NCBI RefSeq assembly: GCF_004010195.1
Contig: NC_057746.1
Span: 18,462,187-18,526,051, forward strand
Reading direction: 5' to 3'
DNA: 63,865 nucleotides
Source: Chiloscyllium plagiosum
Taxonomy: Eukaryota
Shown: positions 38,601 to 50,600 of the stretch, piece after piece
Position numbering within the stretch: position 1 is the stretch's first letter
How the letters are laid out: every line of letters begins with the position of its first letter
The notes under the pieces: model-generated
Told to the model about the DNA's origin: nothing
Database searches by the model: none
What the model saw: the letters and a program-made list of their open reading frames with translations, nothing else
Position numbers and translations under genes: made by a program

Positions 38601-41600
38601 CTCCTGATGCTGCCTGGCGTGCTGTGTTCTCCCAGCCTCCTGCCTGTCTATTCCGACTGCAGCATTCTGGCAGCTGCCTGAGCCTTCTCCCACCCATTTC
38701 ATCTCACTGTTTCAACCCAACCTCCAATGCTTTCTTTCTGAAGTACTTGTCTAGCATTCACGTAAGTGCAACTCAGCAGTTTACCTCAACTGCTCCAACT
38801 CACAGCAATATTTGGTCATGCTGTTGTTGAATCAGTTTCTCCTTGCTGCACTTATTAGCAACTACCTATTTATTGGTAAACTTCACGATCAGAAACGTTT
38901 TATCCATTTTCACCATCAAACACTCTCAGAACTTCTTTTAAGCTGCCCCTTGTTCTATGCTTTCTGCTGACATATTTTGGGGGAAAATAATGAATTTAAG
39001 ACAATCATTTGCATATTTACTGTCTTTATTTTGTCTGTCGTGTGTAGTGAATAATTTTGTGTCATTGATTATTCTGAAGTGTAGTTACTACAGATCCATG
39101 CACAAAACTGGCATTGATTAATAATAAGATATTAGTAATAAAAAATGTCTTTTGTAATCCACTATTTTGTTATATCCCTTTGTAGGTGCTCAGTGGGCTC
39201 AACGGTGAGTGAGTATCAGCAGATACACATTTAACGATTAAGAAATGCACTCTGTTTGCAGTTGAAGTGGTTGACGGATCCATCGACAGTTTAGCAGCAA
39301 ATCCTTTTCATGCAGGGTCTCTGCGACCCATTTTCTGGAAGGCTGGAGGAGCCTGAAACTCTTCTCAGACTTGAGTAGGGTCTCCTTGCACTTGAGGTGC
39401 CCCCCCCATTCGACAAAGTTAAAGGTCAAGGGTTGGGAAGTTAGAGTCGGCCAGGAAACCCACCTTATCTCAACAGACATGATGGGCTGAATGGTCTTCC
39501 CTCTGCTTTAAATATAAAGTTAAAAATCACACAACGCCACATTATAGTCCAACAGGTTTATTTGGAAGCACTAGCTTTCGGAGCGCTGCTCCGTCACCAG
39601 GTGGTTGTGGAGTATAAGACACCTATTCTTCACAACCACCTAATGATGGAACAGCGCTCTGAAAGCTAATGCTTCCCAATAAACCTGTTGGCCTGTAACC
39701 TGGTGTTGTGTGATTTTTAACTTTGTACACCCCAGTCCAACACCGGCATCTCCAAATCATGACTGCTTTAAATACACCCACATTTCTGGTGAGAGCAAAT
39801 GTGAGAGCAAATGTGGTTGAGTTCTTTCCTTTTCTTGTTTTGCAGACCATACAGAGTTATTTCAGAAATTACCTCTGTGGATAGTAAGTAAATCTGATTT
39901 TTGTTACACTGGAGAATAATATATTACCTATATATGGTTATGAAGACCTGCAAAATTACCAAGATTCTAATTTTGAAATGATTGAGAAGTTTCCAGGTTG
40001 ACACCTGCGTTGTGATTCAGAAAGAAAGTCCTCAATTCAGATTTCTCAAACATTACACATGTCCTAACTCATTTAATGACTTTTTGGAAATCTATTTTCA
40101 CAAGGATTTACCTTTCAGTCAATTGCATCTCATTTATCAGAAGGTATCGCTTTATGTTTGCTCTTCTATTGAACAAAGTTCCCATCTTTGTTGATAATTA
40201 CAATTTCTGTCTTTTAAGAGTTTTTTTAGTCATAGAGCGATAGAGTCAAATAGCACGGAAACAGACCCTTCAGTCCAACCAGTCATGCCGACCATAATCC
40301 TAAACTAAACTAGTCCCATTTGCCTGCTCCTGGCCCATATCTCCAAACCTTTCCTATTCCTGTACTGATCCAAGTGTCCTTTAAGTGTTTCAACTGAACC
40401 CGCATCCACCACTTCCTCAGGAAGTTCATTTCACATGTGTGTAAATAATTGCCCCTCGTGTCTTTTTAAAATTTATCTCATCTCAACTGAAAAACATGCC
40501 CTTTACTCTTGAAATGCCATACAGTTCCAGAAATATGGATAAGAATGTTGCTGAAAAAAATTAGTCTTGCACCCATTAGGACAATTCGCAAGAAATGCTA
40601 ATGTAAATAGCAAACCTATTGTATATTATTATATTGTATGAGAGAAGATGCTGATTAGTTAGCAAATTATCTCTAAGTTGTAGAATGAACTGGAAGAAAG
40701 TTAGCCACCAGGATACACGAACACCAGCTAGCCACAAAAAGACACAACCCTCTCTCCCTCGTAGCCCCACACACAGATGAAAAAAAACACCATTTCAACT
40801 GGGACAACACATCTATCCTGGGACAGGCTAAGCAAAGACATGCCAGAGAATTCCTAGAGGCCTGGCACTCCAACCACAACGCCATAAACAAACACATAGA
40901 TCTAGATACCATCTATCAACCCCTCAGAAAACGAACAGGAAATGACATCACCACAAACCCCAGGAACCCCATCCTGGACAAACATATAAATAGAAAGCAG
41001 GAGACAACAGCTTCGCTTCACTTGGAGGTCGCCACTGATGATGTTACCCAGCCAGGTAATGAAACGTCTGGATATCAAACCTACAGCTCAGCGAGCAAAC
41101 CTGGTTCTGGATGATTGACAGTTAACTGCCAAGGTTTCATTAAACTTTCAACCAGGCTATTTGACCCTGGCCGTTGCTCGGAGAAATTATCCTAAAAATG
41201 ACTGTGACTTATTTTGTTAAGTTGAAACTGGTGCAGTTTGTGTTCTTTCTATCTGCAAGGCTTGTGTCTTAACATATCTAGCTTCAAGAATGCATGAATG
41301 AGTCAAAGTGCAAACCCAACAGATAATCAAAAATTGGTTGTTAGTGTAATTCGTCACATAATCAGAATTACATAACAAATGTTTCCCAATCACACTTAAT
41401 GTTGGGCACTGTGTTGTGAGGTTTGCAAGTGTAGATAGGTTGAATACTTTTCTTGTTTCAAGAAGTTGGAGGGGTTAGAGGGTTACGGAAAAAGGGCTGC
41501 AGAGTGGGACTAGCTGGGTAGCTCTTTCAGCAGCCAGTACAGCTGCAATGGGTCGAATGGCCTCCTACTGTACATTAAGATTCTATGCTTCTAAGATCTG

Positions 41601-44600
41601 TCCTTCATTGAGACATATGGCTGACTTACCTAGCGTCGGACTAACATTGAAATCCACATTTCAATGAGCTGGCACAGTGGCTCAGTGATTAGCACTGCTT
41701 CTTCACAGCGCCAGGGAGCCGGGTTCGATTCCGACTGCTTGTGTCAAGTTTGTACATTCTCCCTGTGTCTGCCTGGGTTTCCTTCGGGTACTCAGGTTTC
41801 TTCCTGCAGTCCAGAAATGTGCAGGTTAGGGTGGATTGGCGATGGGAAACTGTCCATAGTGTTCAAGGATGTGCAGGCTAGGTAGGTTAGCCATAGGAAA
41901 TGCAAAGTTACAGGGATAGGGGTGGGTCTGGGTGGGATGCTCTTCAGAGATTTGGTTGGGTTGAATGGTCTGCTCCCACACTATAGGGATGCTGTGGTTC
42001 CACCTGCCGCATTAAATAACTGTGTGATGGACAGAATGCCTCTTCAGCCTAACAGGTAAAATGAAACAGACATCCTTTCTCTCTCAGAAGTTAATGATGT
42101 GGGATATACCTTTCAATTCCTGTGTGATAATCAACAAGGAGGCCATATGTTTTTCAGGCAAAGACCAAATATCGTATAAAAAGGCATATCCTTTCAGTTG
42201 TTTGAAACAAGCAGGAGCTGACAGTACCCAAGCAGTCCATGTAAGCAAACACCACAGCACAATGCCCAACATTAAATGCGATCCTGTGATTAGGCAACTT
42301 TTGTAAAATAGCCCTCAATGTGAGAATTACAATGAGTGGCAAAACATGAAGCTTTAAAAAATGTGATTTTCTTCAGCTAGAACTGCATTGTGTATGACCA
42401 AACCATCATTTGACAATGGATATATCCCTGAATAACATTTTACAGATTTTAGTGAGAGCATGGGGAATGAGTGGGAAAACGGGCATAAGAGACTTGCTCT
42501 TTGAAAGGGATAGGACAGACTCAATGGGCTAACACATGTTCATCTTTGTAAAAGGTAAAAACAATGACTGCAGATGCTGGAAACCAGATTCTGGATTAGT
42601 GGTCCTGGAAGGGCACAGCAGTTCAGGCAGCATCCAAGGAGCAGTAAAATCGACGTTTCGGGCAAAAGCCCTTCATCAGGAATAAAGACAGAGAGCCTGA
42701 AGGGTGGAGAGATAAGCTAGAGGAGGGTGGGGGTAGGGAGAAAGTAGCATAGAGTACAATAGGTGAGTGGGGGAGGGGATGAAGGTGGANNNNNNNNNNN
42801 NNNNNNNNNNNNNNNNNNNNNNNNNNNNNNNNNNNNNNNNNNNNNNNNNNNNNNNNNNNNNNNNNNNNNNNNNNNNNNNNNNNNNNNNNNNNNNNNNNNN
42901 NNNNNNNNNNNNNNNNNNNNNNNNNNNNNNNNNNNNNNNNNNNNNNNNNNNNNNNNNNNNNNNNNNNNNNNNNNNNNNNNNNNNNNNNNNNNNNNNNNNN
43001 NNNNNNNNNNNNNNNNNNNNNNNNNNNNNNNNNNNNNNNNNNNNNNNNNNNNNNNNNNNNNNNNNNNNNNNNNNNNNNNNNNNNNNNNNNNNNNNNNNNN
43101 NNNNNNNNNNNNNNNNNNNNNNNNNNNNNNNNNNNNNNNNNNNNNNNNNNNNNNNNNNNNNNNNNNNNNNNNNNNNNNNNNNNNNNNNNNNNNNNNNNNN
43201 NNNNNNNNNNNNNNNNNNNNNNNNNNNNNNNNNNNNNNNNNNNNNNNNNNNNNNNNNNNNNNNNNNNNNNNNNNNNNNNNNNNNNNNNNNNNNNNNNNNN
43301 NNNNNNNNNNNNNNNNNNNNNNNNNNNNNNNNNNNNNNNNNNNNNNNNNNNNNNNNNNNNNNNNNNNNNNNNNNNNNNNNNNNNNNNNNNNNNNNNNNNN
43401 NNNNNNNNNNNNNNNNNNNNNNNNNNNNNNNNNNNNNNNNNNNNNNNNNNNNNNNNNNNNNNNNNNNNNNNNNNNNNNNNNNNNNNNNNNNNNNNNNNNN
43501 NNNNNNNTGTCAGTGTCAAGTCTGTCGTCACTGATGGAGATGGAGAGGTCCAGGAGGGGGAGGGAGGTGTCAGAGATGGTCCAGGTAAATTTAAGGTCAG
43601 GGTGGAATGTGTTGGTGAAGTTGATGAATTGCTCAACCTCCTCGCGGGAGCACGAGGTGGCGCCGATGTAGCGGAGGAAGAGGTGGGGAGTGGTGCCGGT
43701 GTAATTACGGAAGATGGACTGTTCTACGTAGCCAACAAAGAGTCAGGCATAGCTGGGGCCCATACATGTGCCCATGGCTACCCCTTTGGTCTGGAGGAAG
43801 TGGGAGGATTCAAAGGAGGTTCATCTTTGCTGTACCATTCTGCGCTATGGTTCTATTCTATTTGTGATATTAATTTGTGAATACCTGAGATACCTCAACT
43901 GTTTGGATACATTGGATTTTAAGTTGGATGGGAACGGCGTCACAAAGCATGTCGGAAATGTATTTTACTGACTATTATACCAGGCAGTTAACTCTCATTA
44001 TTATCAAAGTTAATATTAAATATTAACCAGGTAAGTATCCTACGAACTGGTTGAAAAGATAGTTGTACCTCCTCAACGATATCACTGTAGTGAACTTTAT
44101 TGAGCGATAAGATTTTTTTTAGGGTTTAAAGCCAATGTTCCAAGCATTCTTGCTGGTTTTCCCAAATGGCAGATTAGGGTAAAAATACAACTGTTTCAGT
44201 GAAATTTTTCAAAATGCATAATAAGAGTCATGGAGTCACAGAGTTATACAGCACAGAAACAGACCCTTTCATCTGACCAGTCCATGCCAATCATAATCCC
44301 AAACTAAACTAGTCCTCCCTGCCTGCACTTGGCTCATATCCCTCCAAACCTTTCCTGTTCACGTAATTATCCAAATATCTTTTAAACATTGTAACTGCAC
44401 CCACATCAACCACTTCCTCTGGAAGTTCATTCCACACGCGAACCACTCTCTCTGTGAAATAATTGCTCCTCATGTCCTTTTTTAAAACCTTGCTCCTCTC
44501 ACCTTTAAAATATGTTCCCTTTCCTTGAAATCCCACACCCTACAGAAAAGATACCTGCCATTCACCTTATCTATGCCCCTCATGATTTTCTAAACCTCTA

Positions 44601-47600
44601 TAAAGTCACCCCTCAGCCTCCGACGCTCCACTGAAAAAAAAGTCCCAGCCCCTCCTTATGGTTCAAAACTTCCAATCCTGGAAATATCCTGGTAAATCTC
44701 TTCGAAATCCTCTCCGGCTCAATAATACCCTTCCCATAACAGGGCGACCTGAACCAGACACCACAATCCAGAAAGGGCCTCACCAACGCCTTGTACAATC
44801 GCAAATTGGTGTTGTTTATTTTAAAGTACCGTCAGTCGAATTAGAGTCAGAGAGTCAGAGAGATCTACAGTACGGAAACAGACCCTTCGGCCCAATCCGT
44901 CCATGCCGACCAGATATCCCAACCTCATCTAGTCCCACCTGCCAGCACCCGGCCCATATCCCTCCAAACCCTTCCTATTTATATACCCATCCAAATGCCT
45001 TTTAAATGTTGCAATTGTACCAGCCTCCACCACTTCCTCTGGCAGCTCATTCCATGCACGTACCACCCTCTGCGTGAAAAGGTTGCCAGCCTATTCAGCC
45101 TCTCCCTGTAGCTCAAACCCTCCAACCCTGGCAACATCCTTGTAAATCTTTGGCAAAGACTATAAGCTGGTAGATGAGATACAATGAGATTTTTTTTTAG
45201 CAAAAGAAAGCAACGGTATCAAGATTGCAGAACTATTGCTGACCCTAGGGACTTAACTGATGAGTTAAGTAAAAGCCAATTTATACATTACAATGCCTCA
45301 CAGACAGTATAACTCCCGTGTTGAAACTGCTTACCCAAAATACATTCTAAAGGTACCCAACTCTTCTTTGAAGGATCCCTTCAAATTGTACTGACTATAA
45401 ACTAGTTTCTATTTGACTGAATGAAGAACCTCTGACAATGCTGCACTCCCTCAGTTCTAGACATAAATGAAAAGCAATTCTTCTGTTCTCTGATGGTGGA
45501 GTGTTGCTTGAATCCAGAATTTTCACCATTCAGTGTTGCCAACTAAGCACAACTGGAAATATTAAACAGTCTTATAGACATTCTTGTGAGATAGTACCTT
45601 AAAAGTCAACAAATCTTCCTATAAAAATGCCCATGCATGCAACATTTTTAACAATCCTGGCAGATACCTTCCTATACAGAGTCACAGGGTCATACAGCAC
45701 GGAAACAGACTCTTGCGTCTAACCAGCCCATGCCGAACATAATCCCAAACTGAACTAGTCCCACCTGCCTTCTCCTGGCCCACATTCCCCCCCCCCCCCC
45801 GAACCTTTCCTATTCATACAGTTCTAATCTGCATTCTTATGCTTTTGTCTTTTAGATTTTGTAACATTATGTGCACAGGATGGAGCACAGGATCTGGTAA
45901 GTAACCTAAAAAGAAGCAACTCGCAACACTCGAAAACGACATTTACAGTTCAGGGTTGAAATAAAATACACCCAAGTCCCTACTTACAAAATCAAACATG
46001 AGATTGCGATGATGTTGCTGACAAATTATTGCCATTAAAGAACTGAAACAGATTTTGTTGAAAAATAATTATGAGGCTGACACTGATCACTATTATGCTC
46101 AAGTAAATCAGACAGCAATGTTTGATGTCTCAATTCAAAGTGGTTATTCTCAATTTGCTATCAGAGCTCCCACACTCTCCATTATTGTTGTCTCATCAAT
46201 GGGAGCAACGCACCACCTTGAACTCGGGATAACCGATTGACTAGTTTCCCTGTGTAAAGATGGGCAGGACATAATTAAAGCTGATGCATTAGGAAGTAAA
46301 TGACCCGAGTAACAAAAACACTCTCAAACAGCTCTACTGGTTCTGAAGAACTTCACATGCGTGAAGTCTCATTTCTGATACAGATGATGAGTTTTGGAAA
46401 TATCATTGTATACTGAAAGAGTGTGTATATATTTTAATCAACTGTATTTCATAATGTTACTTCACTTCCTATGCATGATTTAAATCTAGTTAATACACTT
46501 TACTTTATTGATTATGATTTGTGTTCTAGGATAACAAGGTAGCCAGCACACGATATTCAGCTGTACTGTTGTCAACAGGATTAAATATCAAGGGAAGTGA
46601 TTAATCAGAAGTCAATTCCGTATCATCTGTCTTACTGACATCTGCTAGAATGTCTTTAATCCCTTTGCGCTTCAGTGTTCATTCAGGCAGTTCTGTTCTT
46701 ACTAGACATGTTAGTCCAACTGTGGATAGAACTTTTCTGCAGGCTAAAATCTGTAAAGATTGTATACAATCATCAGTGAGACAATGAGCGATTACCATTC
46801 TCCAACTGTCAAACTCAGATATTACACTCTGCCTCAATACAGCTGACACCAAATTGCAGCAAGGTTTGTGAAGATTTGTAGCTCAGGTTGAGGTGTAGGG
46901 TGTAGGTTTGCTCGCTGAGCTGGAGGTTTGATATCCAGACGTTTCATTACCTGGCTCGGTAACATCATCAGTGGCGACCTCCAAGTGAAGTGAAGCTGTT
47001 GTCTCCTGCTTTCTATTTATATCTTTCTCCTGGATGGGGTTCCTGGGGTTTGTGGTGATGTCATTTCCTGTTCGTTTTCTGAGGGGTTGATAGATGGCAT
47101 CTAGATCTATGTGTTTGTTTATGGCATTGTGGTTGGAGTGCAAGGCCTCTGGGAATGCTCTGGCATGTCTTTGCTTAGCCTGTCCCAGGATAGATGTGTT
47201 GTCCCAGTCAAAATGGTGTTTTTCTTCCTCCGTGTGTAGGGCTACGAGGGAGAGAGGGTCGTGTCTTTTTGTGGCTAGCTGGTGTTCGTGTATCCTGGTG
47301 GCTAACTTTCTTCCTGTTTGTCCTACATAGTGTTTGTGGCAGTCCTTGCATGGAATTTTGTAGATGACGTTGGTTTTGTCCCCCCCACACCCCCCCACCT
47401 CAGAATCCTAGTAGCACACAAACCCACCAACACTCTCAAACAAAAACTAACAAACTTAAAAGACTCAGTACAATCCATGGACAAAACCAACGTCATCTAC
47501 AAAATTCCATGCAAGGACTGCCACAAACACTACATAGGACAAACAGGAAGAAAGTTAGCCACCAGGATACACGAACACCAGCTAGCCACAAAAAGACACG

Positions 47601-50600
47601 CCCCTCTCTCCCTCATAGCCCTACACAGGGAGGAAAAAAAACACCATTTCGACTGGGACAACGCATCTATCCTGGGACAGGCTAAGCAAAGACATGCCAT
47701 AGAATTCCCAGAGGCCTGGCACTCCAACCACAATGCCATAAACAAACACATAGATCTAGATACCATCTATCAACTCCTCAGAAAACGAACAGGCAATGAT
47801 ATCACCACAAACCCCAGGAACCCCATCCTGGACAAACATATAAATAGAAAGCAGGAGACAACAGCTTCGCTTCACTTGGAGGTCGCCACTGATGATGTTA
47901 CCCAGCCAGGTAATGAAACGTCTGGATATTAAACCTACAGCTCCGCGAGCAAACGTACACCCTAAACCAAATTACAGCGTCACGTTCGATTCCACCCTCG
48001 GGCAACTGTTTGCACATTATCCCCATGTCAGCATGTGGTCCGGTTGCCTCCCACCATCCAAAGATGTGTGGATATGTGAGTTAGCCACGGGAAATGCAGA
48101 GTTATAGAGTGGGTGGGGTGCGTCTGAGTGGGATGCTCATTGGAGGGTCAATGCTGACTCAATGGGCTGAATGGCCTGATTACAAACGGTAAGGAATCTA
48201 TACATAACTTTAACTCTGAATGCAGAGAATTATGTTTTCTATTTTAGTGACAGTTCACAGCTGAATGTAGTAAAATGTCTTGGTCGCTGTAAATGTCCAT
48301 TTCTTTGAGTAATGATTTTATTTTATGACAGAATCAATATGCGGGTCTGCTGGAATCTGATGCTTTGTGCAATTATGCTGCCCTCCAACAGAAACAAAAT
48401 AATCAATAACAGAGTTTAATTTGTGTTCCAAAGGTTGGAAGCGAAGAAGAAACATCCATTTACATCCCAATGGAAAGGTGAATCCTAATGCTTCTATCGT
48501 CATGTTAGTTGCAGCTACTCATTTTCCACAATCACCCGTGGAACTGACAGTAGTCAGCTGAGACATGTGATCTAGTCATCTTAGTGTGGTTATGGATGGC
48601 TTTGAGATCAAGGAAGAAGAAATGTATGGGCTTTCCTACATATCCCCCAACAACCGAACTTTAGGTCTACTAGAGAGGAGCAGAATTCTCTGCTCCATGT
48701 CATGGTGGTCTAACGAATACTCTGGACCCTGACCAAAACACAGCCTTGCATCACCCTATAACATTAAAGTAACCTTGGGGATTTAGTGGCAGACACGTGG
48801 CTGTGCTTTCCGAGTTCAAGTTTGGACAATGATATCAAAACATCAACTAACCTTAAGGAACATGATCATCTTTCTCTTTTCATATTTTCACAGATAAACC
48901 GTAACATTTCAGTTTTGCACCAATGGGAAGTGATATCACATGCCCATTGGCAAACAATAGGAAGGGTCTGGTTTAATCCTGTTACAAGGATTCCCAGCAC
49001 TCTCCAGCAACAAGCAGTATTTTCAGCCACCCACATGCAAAAGCGGTTCATGAATGTGACAGTAGGTTGGTCTGCTCAGACACTGGTATCAAAGGCGTGG
49101 GCCCAACTGGTACTAAGTGGAGGGTTTGCTCAATGGGATTCCAAAACTTGTCGCTGTGCATCAACTTGTTCCCCCCCCCTTAGGACACCTGGGTGCACAT
49201 TTTAAGCTCATAAGCCAACACGGAGACGATCAGCAGTTCATTCTGCATTCTGCTAGCTTTTCTTCCTATGCATTGTCTGGGATCATTCCTTTGGTGAATC
49301 CCAGGAAGTTGATTTTCACCACAGCTGTTTAACTCCGTAGAAATTGTTTCATTTTCTTCCGTATCCCACGTTGTACTTGTTGAGATTTGAACGAACTTGT
49401 GTTCACTTTGAAGTGATCATTGACAAAGCAGGAGCAAATTTTAACCCAAGTCAGGAAGCACAGAGCATTCCTGATGAAGGGCTTTTGCCCGAAACGTCGA
49501 TATTCCTGCTCCTCGCATGCTGCCCGACCCGCTGTGCTCTTCCAGCACCACACTAATCTTGACTCTAATCTCCAGCATCCGCAGTACCCACTTACACCTA
49601 GTTTTACATTGTACGCTGAGCTACCCTCATGTGAGTTAAATCATGTGAGATGCAAGTGACCTACCGGTCGGGATGCTGAGGGGATCGGTGCAGTTTGACA
49701 GAGACTTAAAGAGCAGCAAAGTTTGCTCCACATTCCATTTGCTGGGGAGTAATATTGAGTCGGATGCAATACTGGTTTTCCCTCTGAACCTCTGGTCTTC
49801 TGTCGGTGGGGGAGGTGAAGGTTTCTCCTGGTGCCTCCATTGCCATCTCACAGTCATCGAGTCACACAGCATGGAAACAGACTCTTTGGTCCAACTAGCC
49901 TATGCCGACCACATTCCCAAACTAAACTTGTCCCACTTAGAGTCATAGAGATGTACAGCATGGAAACAGACCCTTCGGTCCAACCCGTCCATGCCGACCA
50001 GATGTCCCAACGCATTTGTCCCATATCCTTCCAAACCTTGCTTATCCAAATGTCTTTGAAATGTTGTAACTGTAGCTGTATCCATCACTTCTCCTGACAG
50101 TTTATTCCACACATGAACCACTCTGTGTAAAACAAAGTTGCCCCAGCCATTTGTATGAATGGGTGGTGTTCTTTAGGATTTGAATGTTTTTGTCANNNNN
50201 NNNNNNNNNNNNNNNNNNNNNNNNNNNNNNNNNNNNNNNNNNNNNNNNNNNNNNNNNNNNNNNNNNNNNNNNNNNNNNNNNNNNNNNNNNNNNNNNNNNN
50301 NNNNNNNNNNNNNNNNNNNNNNNNNNNNNNNNNNNNNNNNNNNNNNNNNNNNNNNNNNNNNNNNNNNNNNNNNNNNNNNNNNNNNNNNNNNNNNNNNNNN
50401 NNNNNNNNNNNNNNNNNNNNNNNNNNNNNNNNNNNNNNNNNNNNNNNNNNNNNNNNNNNNNNNNNNNNNNNNNNNNNNNNNNNNNNNNNNNNNNNNNNNN
50501 NNNNNNNNNNNNNNNNNNNNNNNNNNNNNNNNNNNNNNNNNNNNNNNNNNNNNNNNNNNNNNNNNNNNNNNNNNNNNNNNNNNNNNNNNNNNNNNNNNNN

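Noticed and set aside
42158-42240. Possible tail exon SKDQISYKKAYPF...AVH (phase 1 to 0)
   Set aside because: Short pyrimidine tract and modest donor. Splicing it to A3 gives an immediate stop (ATT TTG TAA); it could only work as an alternative to A3.
43984-44030. Perfect donor CAG|GTAAGT at 44030
   Set aside because: The candidate exon upstream has stops in all three frames.
46052-46102. Phase 0-0 candidate exon ILLKNNYEADTDHYYAQ between A3 and A4
   Set aside because: Purine-rich acceptor with no pyrimidine tract and a weak donor; not supportable without transcripts.
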